The notes under the pieces are model-generated. The model did no database searches, had not been told where the DNA came from, and was given only the letters and a program-made list of their open reading frames with translations. Source: a virus (taxonomy: Duplodnaviria > Caudoviricetes). From it: a stretch of DNA of 64,000 nt. Shown piece by piece: positions 45,849 through 55,627 of this stretch (positions within the stretch are counted from its first letter, which is position 1; every line of letters begins with the position of its first letter). The translations under genes and the position numbers were made by a program. The stretch is from IMG/VR virus record IMGVR_UViG_3300028738_000008; one strand, 5' to 3'.

Positions 45849-48800
45849 TATAATGCATTTATTGTTAATGACGATATATCGTTCTCGTCTAATTGAACGT
45901 CGATAATATAGTCTGGATTAATCTCATGATTATGCTCTATAACTAAAACCTTTCGCATATTGCTCTTAATCAGCTGTAGAATCTCGTTAAATTCCTCAAT
46001 GCTATCGGCACTCAATTTACCCATAACTTCATCGAGCATGAATATAGTTGGCTTTACCTTAGCATTTATTTGATTTAAAGCGAATTTTAAAACAATCGCT
46101 GAAAATGTGCGTTCCTTTCCAGATGCGCTAATACAGTCAATGATAGACAACGGACGGCTATTATAAGCCAACTTCGGTCTCAAATCATCCAAATCAAGCC
46201 ACACTTTAAACGTTGATACTGATAGTATATTCGCTAGAGTATTATTTATTTTTGGTATGATATAATTCACAAGCATTTGTCTTGGAATACCGTCTCTGTG
46301 AACGCATTTAATATATAAAGCATATACATTATCAACATGTTCCTGTGCCTTAAATTGTTTAACAAGCAATTCAATTGAAGCTATTTTACCATTAGCTTCG
46401 CTAATGCTTAATCGTTTACTATATATTGAGGCTTGCTTGATCTTAAGATCGTCAGCATATTTAGCTATCTTGGCGTCAGCCTGTACAATTCGTTCAGACA
46501 GCTTACGATTTTCTTCGATCTGACTAATACTTTCGCCGTATCTAACTATCTTTAAATTGATAATATCTAATTCCAATTCACTTGCGTGAATATGTAATGG
46601 GATTGTTTGAAGTTCGGCGGCAAATTTTTGACGTAACAAAAAGTCATTTTTCTCGTTTGCCAAAACGCCAATTTCATCAAGAATTCCGACCATTTGAAGA
46701 TTAAGGTCTTTAATGGTTTCTCTGATTACGTCAATATCTTTGTTATAATCAGCAATTGAAGCCTTAAGCAAAACAATATCATTCTTTTCATATATATTAA
46801 TCTGATCAGCTATAGCATACATATCTGTTTTCAATTCAGACATTTTTAATTTAATGTGTTCATTGTTATCATCAACATGCTGCTGACATAACGGACATGT
46901 GTGACCGCTTGTCCCTTTATTAAAGGCTAGTAATTCGTTCTTTTTCTGTGAACCGTCTTTTTTTAGATTATGTATTTTACCATTAATTATTTCAATCTCG
47001 TGATCTTTTTTACTAATATTTCCATCGATGTCCCTAATTTTTAGATTTAAAGCATATTCATTGGTTCTATGAGCATCTTTCATGGCGATTAATTCGTCAT
47101 ATCTTTTTTCGTCGTAAGTATCTTTCAACACTGACATACTGGTTGTAACAGTGTCGATTCTTTTCTGATAGTCCGCAATATTGATTTTATGCTTATCGAC
47201 AGTTCTATTAGCCTGTTCAATATTCATATTATATATTTCATCGTCTATCTTATGCATGTCCTTATGTAAAGTATCGACATACTTTCTGCCCTCTACCATA
47301 GATTTCTCAATACCAGCAACTTCAATGTTTTCAAGCTCCTCGATCTGTAGAGTTAATTCGTCAATCAAATTCTTTAGTCTAATTGTTTCATTCTCAGAAT
47401 TTTCGACATTACAATTAACACGACCTTTTTCGGCGAGTCGTTTTTGATTCTTTTTACATGCGTCCAGTTTCTTATCAAATATATCCAAGCCGCTATCAAA
47501 TAACAGGGAATCAATGAATGTTGCCATATCATTCGACAGAATCTTATTCAGGGTATCGGCTGTTGTAACGACTATACGCATAAAGTTGTCATAGCTTCCG
47601 ATTAAGGATTCAATGATTTTCTGGGTCTTTGATCTTTGTTCGTCGCTCATTTTATCCAATGAATTCTGATCGTCCATTTCATCGTCAGGATTTTGCATTA
47701 AATAATAATTCAATGTCGTTGGAGCACCATTAATCGAACCGTCTTTAGCTTTGGTGATAGTGGTTCTTTTCTTTATACCGTAATATTCTGAATTGTATTC
47801 GAATACCATATAGCCATCACAGAATGTCGCACCGTTTCTATTATTAACATATCTTGAGTCGCCATATTTAACACGACCCTCGGTCTCAATGGATTTATTA
47901 TATAAAAGATATGATATGAGCTTTATAAGAGTTGTCTTTCCAGCTGTATTCTTGCCTGTGATCTGAAATAGACCATCTAGTTGTCGCCAGTCAATTTCAA
48001 TCTGTTCATATGATGCAAAGTTTGTACCGCCGAATTTAATAATATTAAAGTTACCACCGATATCATCCGTATGATCTATCTCCAAAGATATTTCATCATC
48101 TAAAGCTATTACATCAGCAATTGTGGCATTCTCTACGCCCATAGCGTCCAAATGCTCAGTGAAAATGGTTTGCTGTACGTTTGTGTCATTCACATTTAAT
48201 AGTGTCACATCTTCACCCACATTGATTTTACTATCAACAATAAATTCGTTTTTATTGGAGATTGATGTAACGCTTGGGTACTTAGTCTTAATGAATGCTA
48301 CCAGTTTATTTTCATTGACAGTATTTCTCACATATGGTAATGTTTTCCATATGAATCGAACTTTCATGAATTTTGTCGGTTCGTCTATGTCGATATCAAT
48401 ATCATCAAAGTCAATGAATGACGATATGTCGATATTTTTGAAAGAATAGTCGTTAGCCAGCGGCTTTTCAATGATTGTACCAGTTTCAATATTCCACTGC
48501 AAATAACCATGAAAGTTATCATCGCCTTCGCCAAAATTCTGTGCAATTGGCGAAGAAGGATATGCTCCAAATAATTTTGAACCTGAAACAGTATCCTTAT
48601 AGAAATATTGTTTCTTATGAATATCGCCTGCCATTAAGAAGTCGCCATTAAAGTCTCCGATGTTTCTTAATGACTTCTTAGTCATTTCAAAGCCAGCGAA
48701 TGTTTGCGAGCCGCTGATAGGGTCGTGGAAAAGATCGATATATGTTCTGCCAGCAATTTTTTTACCAGCAAGTTCAATACCTTTTTTACTTAGCCAAGGC

Positions 48801-49210
48801 GAGTTCTTGAATCCGCCATGATGCCAAACGCACCATGTGACATTTTCATCGTCATAGAAGTCAGTGGTATCGTAATATATAATGTTTTTATTGTGAAGAG
48901 TCTCCACAATAGCTTTAACCGAATCAATTCTATTAATATTTACTTTACGAAAATCGTGATTACCTCTGGTAATTCTAACTGGTGCGATAGCTGCTAGTTT
49001 ATCCAAAAAATCAGATGCTAATATCAGCTGTTCGCCCTGCAAATCAAGGTAATCATGAACTAAGTCGCCGCCAATCAAAATACGATCAGGGACGTCAGCC
49101 ATCAAAGCGATATATAAATTGTTGAATACGTTTATATATTCCTCATTTCTGGTCGGCAACTTTCTAAGATGTATATCCGCAAGGTGTGCAATCGTTTTTA
49201 TTTTACTCAT
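45848..49210 (-). CDS. fused SbcD/Mre11 nuclease - SbcC/Rad50 ABC-ATPase
   Basis: HLADIH, GGDLVH, RGNHD, AGDIHK; GKNTAGKTT Walker A, CPLC hook, ASGKE signature, FMLDE Walker B, IEH. Confidence 0.9.
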   Translation of the reverse strand: MSKIKTIAHLADIHLRKLPTRNEEYINVFNNLYIALMADVPDRILIGGDLVHDYLDLQGEQLILASDFLDKLAAIAPVRITRGNHDFRKVNINRIDSVKAIVETLHNKNIIYYDTTDFYDDENVTWCVWHHGGFKNSPWLSKKGIELAGKKIAGRTYIDLFHDPISGSQTFAGFEMTKKSLRNIGDFNGDFLMAGDIHKKQYFYKDTVSGSKLFGAYPSSPIAQNFGEGDDNFHGYLQWNIETGTIIEKPLANDYSFKNIDISSFIDFDDIDIDIDEPTKFMKVRFIWKTLPYVRNTVNENKLVAFIKTKYPSVTSISNKNEFIVDSKINVGEDVTLLNVNDTNVQQTIFTEHLDAMGVENATIADVIALDDEISLEIDHTDDIGGNFNIIKFGGTNFASYEQIEIDWRQLDGLFQITGKNTAGKTTLIKLISYLLYNKSIETEGRVKYGDSRYVNNRNGATFCDGYMVFEYNSEYYGIKKRTTITKAKDGSINGAPTTLNYYLMQNPDDEMDDQNSLDKMSDEQRSKTQKIIESLIGSYDNFMRIVVTTADTLNKILSNDMATFIDSLLFDSGLDIFDKKLDACKKNQKRLAEKGRVNCNVENSENETIRLKNLIDELTLQIEELENIEVAGIEKSMVEGRKYVDTLHKDMHKIDDEIYNMNIEQANRTVDKHKINIADYQKRIDTVTTSMSVLKDTYDEKRYDELIAMKDAHRTNEYALNLKIRDIDGNISKKDHEIEIINGKIHNLKKDGSQKKNELLAFNKGTSGHTCPLCQQHVDDNNEHIKLKMSELKTDMYAIADQINIYEKNDIVLLKASIADYNKDIDVIRETIKDLNLQMVGILDEIGVLANEKNDFLLRQKFAAELQTIPLHIHASELELDIINLKIVRYGESISQIEENRKLSERIVQADAKIAKYADDLKIKQASIYSKRLSISEANGKIASIELLVKQFKAQEHVDNVYALYIKCVHRDGIPRQMLVNYIIPKINNTLANILSVSTFKVWLDLDDLRPKLAYNSRPLSIIDCISASGKERTFSAIVLKFALNQINAKVKPTIFMLDEVMGKLSADSIEEFNEILQLIKSNMRKVLVIEHNHEINPDYIIDVQLDENDISSLTINAL

Positions 49211-49228
49211 TATTAAATATATATTTTG

Positions 49229-49259
49229 CAAATATATGCAATTAATGCGAAATAATCAA
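49229..49259 (-). promoter_or_regulatory. Bacteroidota sigma-A-type promoter
   Basis: TTGA-N19-TATATTTG. Confidence 0.6.
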
Positions 49260-49270
49260 TGATTTTTTTG

Positions 49271-49816
49271 CTAATCGTATATTAAATGCTTATTAGCTCT
49301 CAATCTGGTCTTTATATAATTAATCTTGTTTGAAATGCGGGTACTTGTGGTATTAAACTCTTTGCCTATTTCGTTATAATTATAGCCGTCCATATATTTC
49401 ATGCTAAGCATTATGAAGTCCTCATTAGAAATTTGCTTTGATAGAAAATCTAAAGTATTATTTGTCTCGTATGCAATAGATGCATTTGTGCTCGTGCAAT
49501 TTACATATCTATCCTCACTATTTGCTTTTCGAGTACAATTACTTTTAATTACATTTTTCATATAATTATTGGCAATGTTATAAACCCATGTGCTAAAGTC
49601 TGATTTTTTATCATCAAATTTACTTAGATTGACGAATATGCTTACCATTATGTCTGCAACATAATCATCAATATTGTCATCGGATTGATTATATCGATCA
49701 TACTTGACGTGAATCAATTTTTTAATAAGCTTCTTGTACTTAAAATAAATATGTTGTTCTGAATTCTTATTTCCTTTTAAAATATTTTGTATATGGATCG
49801 TATCTGTCTGATTCAT
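49271..49816 (-). CDS. ECF-family RNA polymerase sigma factor
   Basis: Region 2 DDYVAD...F...FSTWVYNIANN; region 4 GYNYNEIG...RISNKI..IKTRL; 181 aa, no region 1 or 3. Confidence 0.85.
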   Translation of the reverse strand: MNQTDTIHIQNILKGNKNSEQHIYFKYKKLIKKLIHVKYDRYNQSDDNIDDYVADIMVSIFVNLSKFDDKKSDFSTWVYNIANNYMKNVIKSNCTRKANSEDRYVNCTSTNASIAYETNNTLDFLSKQISNEDFIMLSMKYMDGYNYNEIGKEFNTTSTRISNKINYIKTRLRANKHLIYD

Positions 49817-50801
49817 GCATTCTAGTTATAAAATAGTCATCAATAGTTAATGCTCTCAATGTAAATAAGGCTTCAACTACTCTTTCATCACCTTCATACC
49901 TACGCAACTCGTCCAAATCATCGTTATTTGGCAATGCAATTATTTTAACACGTTCCTCACAGTCAATATATATAGATTGTAATTTATAAAATAATTCCAC
50001 GCTGTTTTTATAGGCATCGGGGTCTAGCAATATTACAATATTTGGTTTCAGTTCTTTTATTTTAAAGAATAATGCCTCGGAAATTGTTTTTCCAAGCATT
50101 GGTATTGTGTTTATAGGCAAACTTAGCATTTCAAATGCACCTTCTACAAGGTATACGGTCATATCCCAATTTATTAAACCCTCATTGAAAATGATCCTAG
50201 ATTTATCGGATTTAGGATTATCGTAAGGCTTAATTTTTTTATTACCTATGTCATAATTTCTTGCAACAAAATAGTTTACTATACCATTTTTATCATATGA
50301 CGGGATTATAATTCTTTTTTTGTATTTACCTTCAATGCAAAATCCTATGTTATATTTGATCAATAGTTCTCTACCAATTTTTCGAACATTAATCATATAG
50401 TTGTATGCTTCAAAATGAGCAACATTTCCAGCTTCCATCTGGGAAAATAGTATCATTTCTTTGGGCAACTCAACTGGAACATATTCAATTTCTTCTTCAT
50501 ATTCGTCAAAACCATCATATGACGCATTATAAATTTGAAACATTTCGTAATCAATTTTCGATCCGTATAAGTATATAAGTTTACCGAGGCTTCCACTAAA
50601 TTTTGGGTCGTCGCACTTCCAGCATCTAAACATACGCTTAGCGGTGTTTATTTCAAGGTTGCTCTTTCCGTCAGAGTGTGACAGACCTTCGTTTTCCTGA
50701 CAGCGTGGGCAATTCACCTGAACTTGTTCAGATACATTTAAGCCTTGGGCGTCAGGGAATACGTTTTGTATTAAACTATGAAATTCTTGACCTCTAATCA
50801 T
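49767..50801 (-). CDS. DNA primase (Zn finger + TOPRIM)
   Basis: VNCPRC...FRCWKC; RIIIPSYD...YFVAR; VYLVEGAFE; LLDPDA. Confidence 0.85.
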   Translation of the reverse strand: MIRGQEFHSLIQNVFPDAQGLNVSEQVQVNCPRCQENEGLSHSDGKSNLEINTAKRMFRCWKCDDPKFSGSLGKLIYLYGSKIDYEMFQIYNASYDGFDEYEEEIEYVPVELPKEMILFSQMEAGNVAHFEAYNYMINVRKIGRELLIKYNIGFCIEGKYKKRIIIPSYDKNGIVNYFVARNYDIGNKKIKPYDNPKSDKSRIIFNEGLINWDMTVYLVEGAFEMLSLPINTIPMLGKTISEALFFKIKELKPNIVILLDPDAYKNSVELFYKLQSIYIDCEERVKIIALPNNDDLDELRRYEGDERVVEALFTLRALTIDDYFITRMHESDRYDPYTKYFKRK

Positions 50802-50805
50802 GCCA

Positions 50806-50836
50806 CAAACTTAAACAAAAAATGCCGAAAAACAAA
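50806..50836 (-). promoter_or_regulatory. Bacteroidota sigma-A-type promoter for the primase-ECF sigma operon
   Basis: TTTG-N19-TAAGTTTG perfect match. Confidence 0.75.
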
Positions 50837-50864
50837 ACGAATTCCAGCATTTTTATCTCTTATC

Positions 50865-51458
50865 CTACATATCGCTAAATGTCTTATAATCTTTTAAATA
50901 CGGAAAAATTTCGATCAATCTGTTCATAAATCCGACTGGATATATTTTAAAGTTAACCCCCCATCGTTGATGCATGTCCTGTAATTCCGAAAATAGCTCA
51001 ATAGTTTTCTGCTTTAGTCCATCTGAATCGTCGGAAACATTGTAATCATTGTAAGTAATACCGTCGCTATTGACAACTGGTTGCGGCGCATTTGGTAAAC
51101 CTGCTAACTGTGCTCTTAACTGCTCTGATTCTTCCGTCAATCTTGCTACCTGTTCTTCAAGCCATAATTTATTATCATTGCTTTTGTTTATGATTTTCGA
51201 TTCGTCTGGCGTGTTAATGGATGTTTCCTTTACTACTTTAACATCAATATCTGCTAGTAGGTCTTCCACCATATCAATTGCCTTTTTCTGACGTTCATGT
51301 TCAGCATCTATTACTACTGGCTTAGCAACTGTCTTAATAACTGGTTTAGTCACTGCTGCCTTAGACACTTTCACTTCTTCCTTTTTTACAGGCTTATTGT
51401 CTGTTTTTGGCTTAGCTAATTTTAATAAATTTTTATTACTGGTAATTCCTGTCTTCAT
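50865..51458 (-). CDS. hypothetical protein
   Basis: ORF; GTATTTAT at 51476-51483 (-). Confidence 0.7.
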   Translation of the reverse strand: MKTGITSNKNLLKLAKPKTDNKPVKKEEVKVSKAAVTKPVIKTVAKPVVIDAEHERQKKAIDMVEDLLADIDVKVVKETSINTPDESKIINKSNDNKLWLEEQVARLTEESEQLRAQLAGLPNAPQPVVNSDGITYNDYNVSDDSDGLKQKTIELFSELQDMHQRWGVNFKIYPVGFMNRLIEIFPYLKDYKTFSDM

Positions 51459-51475
51459 TTTTATATAATTTTATA

Positions 51476-51483
51476 ATAAATAC
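51476..51483 (-). promoter_or_regulatory. putative late promoter motif GTATTTAT
   Basis: 17 nt upstream of 51458. Confidence 0.5.
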
Positions 51484-51515
51484 TATAAAAGTATAAAAAG
51501 TGTATTGTTAGCAAT

Positions 51516-51551
51516 AAAAAACCCATCATATATCTCTACATGATGGGTTTT
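51516..51551 (-). terminator. intrinsic terminator
   Basis: AAAACCCATCAT / ATGATGGGTTTT. Confidence 0.8.
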
Positions 51552-51576
51552 GGTTTGGGGATAAATCTACGAATAT

Positions 51577-53112
51577 TTATTCTGGTATGTTTGCGTTTAA
51601 GTGAGCAGTCATACCTAACTTGTCATTCCAAATAAAGGCATCAGCAGCTTTAACAGCCCCAATAAATCCTTTCTTGTGATGCCATTCCTCTGTGCCTGTT
51701 AAAGACGAAAGATATCTTATGATAACACCGTTTTCTTCATTGATAAGAGTGTCCTTATTAAAATCAACATTATGTCTATAAGACTTTTTTCTGTGTTGGT
51801 GACCCAAATGCCATTCATGGAATCTGGTTTGACTCCATAATTGTTTCGATTCGATATCATTAGCCATTATAAGCGGTAACGATGTTTCCTTTTCTTCGCT
51901 ACCATGCGTGAATCCAAGTAGAACCTCATGGTATCTATAGTATTTCCTTGGAGAAGCACCATTGTCAATAGTGACTTGTGGATCATTATTGAACCAAGCA
52001 CTAAGCACTGAACCTAAGTAAAAACTTCTCTCAAAGTCATGATTTCCAGGAATTACCAATACATCAACTGGAACATTCTCCAATTTCAGTAAATTAATGG
52101 CATCGGCAAGCAATGCTACACCAACCTCAAATGTTTTCTGCCAGCGTAAGTCTTCATCCTGTGGTGTGCCATGCGTTGTAGTATTATTCATATTATCGGA
52201 ATTGAAGAAGTCATTTCCAATTGGAAATAATATCCTCTCGTAATTGAACGATGATGCCCTTTTTAGAAGGGTTGTTAATGCCGTTACAAATCGATCACGT
52301 GCGATCTTTGTGTCGTAATTTTCGCCTGTTTCGCCATTCCAGCCCAACTTACCGATATGTAAGTCAAATAGTGAAAGCTCTAATAAGTTATGTTCGCCAT
52401 GTACGTTTTTTTCAAATAAACTTGGTTGAACTTGTGGTAACTTGTAGCTTTTAACAATGTTTTCAAGAATTTCGCCAAGGTTTACAGCTTCAAATAAGGG
52501 ATTGTTTCTTTCGAGTTCCAGCTTTACCTGAAAGTTTTGAATAGTTATAGGATCAACAGACTTAAACGATGTAACGTCCCATTTATTTACTATCTGCTTT
52601 TTGATCTTCCACATCGCATTGTCGATCTCCGCTGCCAGTAGTAATTGCTCAGCAGTTTTGATGTGACCATTTGGGTAATTACTGCCGTTTTTCCATTCGA
52701 TATTAGCTACTTTACCCTGTATTTCGAATTTAAGCTGCTCGTTTTGAGACTGGTTGAATTGTGCTGTTTCTGGTGGATTTGCTTGAACCCTTATCTGAGA
52801 ATTATCTGTAAACGTGACTGTTTGTGCGCCAGCATATACTTTATCCGCACATATTTTAGAATTAGCCAAGCTTATAACAATCGGTTCTTGTTTGGTGCAT
52901 TTGGATAAATATTCATCGTATTTATCCATAAACAACACATAATCCTTAATATCTATAGTTTTTTTATTGAATTTGTCAACGACTTTACGCTTTACGTTTT
53001 TAACGTATGTGTCAGCATATCCTGATTTAACCGATGCTATTGTTAGTGACGTGTTATTATCGATAGCGTAATCGATAACTTGCATTCCCTTTAATATTCT
53101 ATCTCTAATCAT
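51577..53112 (-). CDS. calcineurin-like metallophosphoesterase with N-terminal extension
   Basis: DLHIGK, GNDFFNSD, PGNHD, FTHG, HLGHQH. Confidence 0.85.
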   Translation of the reverse strand: MIRDRILKGMQVIDYAIDNNTSLTIASVKSGYADTYVKNVKRKVVDKFNKKTIDIKDYVLFMDKYDEYLSKCTKQEPIVISLANSKICADKVYAGAQTVTFTDNSQIRVQANPPETAQFNQSQNEQLKFEIQGKVANIEWKNGSNYPNGHIKTAEQLLLAAEIDNAMWKIKKQIVNKWDVTSFKSVDPITIQNFQVKLELERNNPLFEAVNLGEILENIVKSYKLPQVQPSLFEKNVHGEHNLLELSLFDLHIGKLGWNGETGENYDTKIARDRFVTALTTLLKRASSFNYERILFPIGNDFFNSDNMNNTTTHGTPQDEDLRWQKTFEVGVALLADAINLLKLENVPVDVLVIPGNHDFERSFYLGSVLSAWFNNDPQVTIDNGASPRKYYRYHEVLLGFTHGSEEKETSLPLIMANDIESKQLWSQTRFHEWHLGHQHRKKSYRHNVDFNKDTLINEENGVIIRYLSSLTGTEEWHHKKGFIGAVKAADAFIWNDKLGMTAHLNANIPE

Positions 53113-53128
53113 TCTAATTAATTTTTCG

Positions 53129-53159
53129 CAAAAATAACTTATTTATTTGTATAATGCAA
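53129..53159 (-). promoter_or_regulatory. Bacteroidota sigma-A-type promoter
   Basis: TTGC-N19-TATTTTTG. Confidence 0.6.
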
Positions 53160-53173
53160 GTGAATATTAATAC

Positions 53174-53479
53174 TCATATAAATATGTTTCCCATAGACTT
53201 TAAAATATTTATAGCTTTATCAATAATCTTACAATTTGTTAAAAAGTCAACTTCCTCAGATATGGACAGATCAAACCACTCGCCGTTTTGTCGGGCATAC
53301 ATATATCTATTATGCAAACTCGTTTCTATTTTAGACGCATTAACAGATTCATATGATTCGATTAGTTCTAATTTCTCTGGGTTGCCAGTGTTTAACTGAT
53401 CAATCCGTTTACTAGGATTGATAGATATACCTATTTTGTACTTACCATCGTTAGACCTTATTAAGTATACCTTTTTCAT
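53174..53479 (-). CDS. small GIY-YIG (T5orf172/MUG113-like) protein
   Basis: VYLI...YKIGIS.NP.KR..QL.TGNP...E..LH...GEWF. Confidence 0.85.
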   Translation of the reverse strand: MKKVYLIRSNDGKYKIGISINPSKRIDQLNTGNPEKLELIESYESVNASKIETSLHNRYMYARQNGEWFDLSISEEVDFLTNCKIIDKAINILKSMGNIFI

Positions 53480-53482
53480 AGA

Positions 53483-54091
53483 TTATTTAATAATTCCCAA
53501 TAATTTTAATCCAGCATATCCAACACAATAGGAGTCACTTAAGTCAAAATTGGTATCCTTTAGCTTACCATTTTTGTCTACCATCCACTCAATATGTGGT
53601 TCAAGTTTTGCTACCTTTTTTCTAATAGCTTCTTTTTTATTATCCTTTAATTCAGCAGGCCATGACATGACTTCAACAAGGATACCTTTCTTTTTCTCGG
53701 TGTGCACGAATTCAGATAGAAATGATTTTCTACTATCGCTAACAGAAATCTTTATAGGAAAAACATCGAAAATCTCGTGTAGAATGAAACGTGCCATACC
53801 ATTAAATGCATGTAGTAAAGCCACTGTGAAAGCATTATTACTTCCACCGATAGGTTCTTCAATAATTATATTGGTAATAACGCCATTCAACTCGGTTTCA
53901 ATTCGTTGTTTGTATTGAATGCAGTAATTCTTAAAATTATTGGCTTTATGAATGTCTCTGGTTTCTTTAGGCACATCCTTGTTAGCAGTTAAGGCTAAAT
54001 GCTTCATTTCGATTAACTTGCCTTCTGAGTTCCATAATGAAGACCCGACGTTTGTAGTTGACAAATCTAATGACCATATATATTTTTCCAT
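53483..54091 (-). CDS. RuvC-like Holliday junction resolvase
   Basis: SLDLST, IIIEEP, FDLSDS. Confidence 0.75.
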   Translation of the reverse strand: MEKYIWSLDLSTTNVGSSLWNSEGKLIEMKHLALTANKDVPKETRDIHKANNFKNYCIQYKQRIETELNGVITNIIIEEPIGGSNNAFTVALLHAFNGMARFILHEIFDVFPIKISVSDSRKSFLSEFVHTEKKKGILVEVMSWPAELKDNKKEAIRKKVAKLEPHIEWMVDKNGKLKDTNFDLSDSYCVGYAGLKLLGIIK

Positions 54092-54093
54092 GT

Positions 54094-54294
54094 TTAGATT
54101 TTTTTAGTTTTGTCTAGTCCGTCAATCAACTCATTACAGTGTTTCGGGTTATTTATGTATACAGCTATCAAATCAGTAACAACTGATCCGATTTTTAAGC
54201 CCTTTCCAAGGCAATAAAGCTTTAACTTACTGTGTAGCTTACCATCAATAATAATTGACTTCTGCTTGCCTTTATCGTCGTTTACAATGCTCAT
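54094..54294 (-). CDS. small ribbon-helix-helix-like DNA-binding protein
   Basis: KSIIID.KLH.KLK.YC...V.DLI. Confidence 0.55.
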   Translation of the reverse strand: MSIVNDDKGKQKSIIIDGKLHSKLKLYCLGKGLKIGSVVTDLIAVYINNPKHCNELIDGLDKTKKI

Positions 54295-54310
54295 CTTTTA
54301 TATTTTTTTT

Positions 54311-54318
54311 ATAAATAC
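54311..54318 (-). promoter_or_regulatory. putative late promoter motif GTATTTAT
   Basis: 16 nt upstream of 54294. Confidence 0.45.
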
Positions 54319-54353
54319 TATCACTTTTATAAAAAAATATAAAAATTTACAAT

Positions 54354-54896
54354 TTATTTCAAATATAATAATTTTCTTAATTTCCTTTCCACCTCTGGAC
54401 AACGATTATATGCGTCTATCTCGTATTTACGTTCCTCATAAGGCACTTCAAATAATTTAACGGTATCATTCATCCATATGTTATACTTATAGCCGACAGC
54501 TGGCTGTACCAGTAAACCCTTTTGCATTTGATCAAAATGAATGAATTCATGCGAAAGCAATGTAAATAAATTATATGAATCATTCTTTGCTATAAACAGG
54601 TTATATGAATTAGACTCAAATTCGTTTTTTGTTATAAAGCCAAATATTTGCGTATCATTCTTATCAAAAGATAGCGGCATATAATATATATTAATTCTGG
54701 CTGTATCATATCCAAAAATACGATTAATCAAAACCTTTATAATCGTATCGGCATCATCTATACTAGTATAATTATTAACTATAATCGTTTCTGGAAATCT
54801 AAAGGAATTCATTTTTTTAGGCTTATGCGTAAAAATTAAGAAAAAAACAATAATCACTATTACGACTGCGATTATCACATACCAAATTTTCTTCAT
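54354..54896 (-). CDS. TM-anchored zincin-like metallopeptidase
   Basis: N-terminal TM; LLSHEFIHFDQ (HExxH) ... YEIDAY. Confidence 0.7.
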   Translation of the reverse strand: MKKIWYVIIAVVIVIIVFFLIFTHKPKKMNSFRFPETIIVNNYTSIDDADTIIKVLINRIFGYDTARINIYYMPLSFDKNDTQIFGFITKNEFESNSYNLFIAKNDSYNLFTLLSHEFIHFDQMQKGLLVQPAVGYKYNIWMNDTVKLFEVPYEERKYEIDAYNRCPEVERKLRKLLYLK

Positions 54897-54905
54897 GCTT
54901 CAATA

Positions 54906-55613
54906 TTAAAAGTCAATTCCAAATACCAAAGTTCTAGCAAGTGTTGAGTCCTTAGATATCGGGTTATTTAATTTAGCAATTGCCACAAGCTCGTGATCAG
55001 CATTATAAATTCCAATTTCTGAAATCATTAACGGTGCTAATCCGTCCCATGTCTTATTTGTTGATGTATTGAATTCATCTAAGGGTAGATGAATATCAAT
55101 TTCTGTTGAGTGTGCAATGGCTTCAATGCTTGTAGTCACATTCCCCAGAAATACTTCTTCGTCACCGAAATTCAATGTGCTATCATTTTTTAAAGGTGCT
55201 GAGTAGTTCATATACTCCAAGTTATAGTTTGCTTTGGAGTTATATATATTCAATGGTAGCTTAAAAACAGTTGCTACAAGATTTATACCTGTTATTTGAA
55301 TTCCAGCGACATAATTTCTAATTTGATCAGTAACATCATATATTTTCCATTCATCGGATATTGGCGTTACACTTGTCAGATCATTATAGGTTGAATTATC
55401 AATAACCTGTAGAAGTATTTGCATCTTAGTTGCCCCATACACAGATGCTAAGAATTTGAAATCATTAACACTTGTAAAGTATAGATTAACTTCATTATTT
55501 AGCACAGACGGTATCTGTAAGCTATTAATATAGTTACAATGAACTGCATCGCTGTAACCAAAGCTAGTGTCAGTCAGAAATCTATATGTGAAAAATACTG
55601 TATATCCTATCAT
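54906..55613 (-). CDS. virion tail/baseplate protein
   Basis: C-terminal ISEIGIYN...LVAIAKL..P..K, typical of tail-collar/fibre attachment domains. Confidence 0.7.
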   Translation of the reverse strand: MIGYTVFFTYRFLTDTSFGYSDAVHCNYINSLQIPSVLNNEVNLYFTSVNDFKFLASVYGATKMQILLQVIDNSTYNDLTSVTPISDEWKIYDVTDQIRNYVAGIQITGINLVATVFKLPLNIYNSKANYNLEYMNYSAPLKNDSTLNFGDEEVFLGNVTTSIEAIAHSTEIDIHLPLDEFNTSTNKTWDGLAPLMISEIGIYNADHELVAIAKLNNPISKDSTLARTLVFGIDF

Positions 55614-55627
55614 TTTTATTTAATTTA

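Noticed and set aside
29065-54318. T4-type TATAAATA late promoters on the + strand
   Set aside because: These instances lie upstream of - strand genes, so the functional orientation is GTATTTAT; no + gene follows them.
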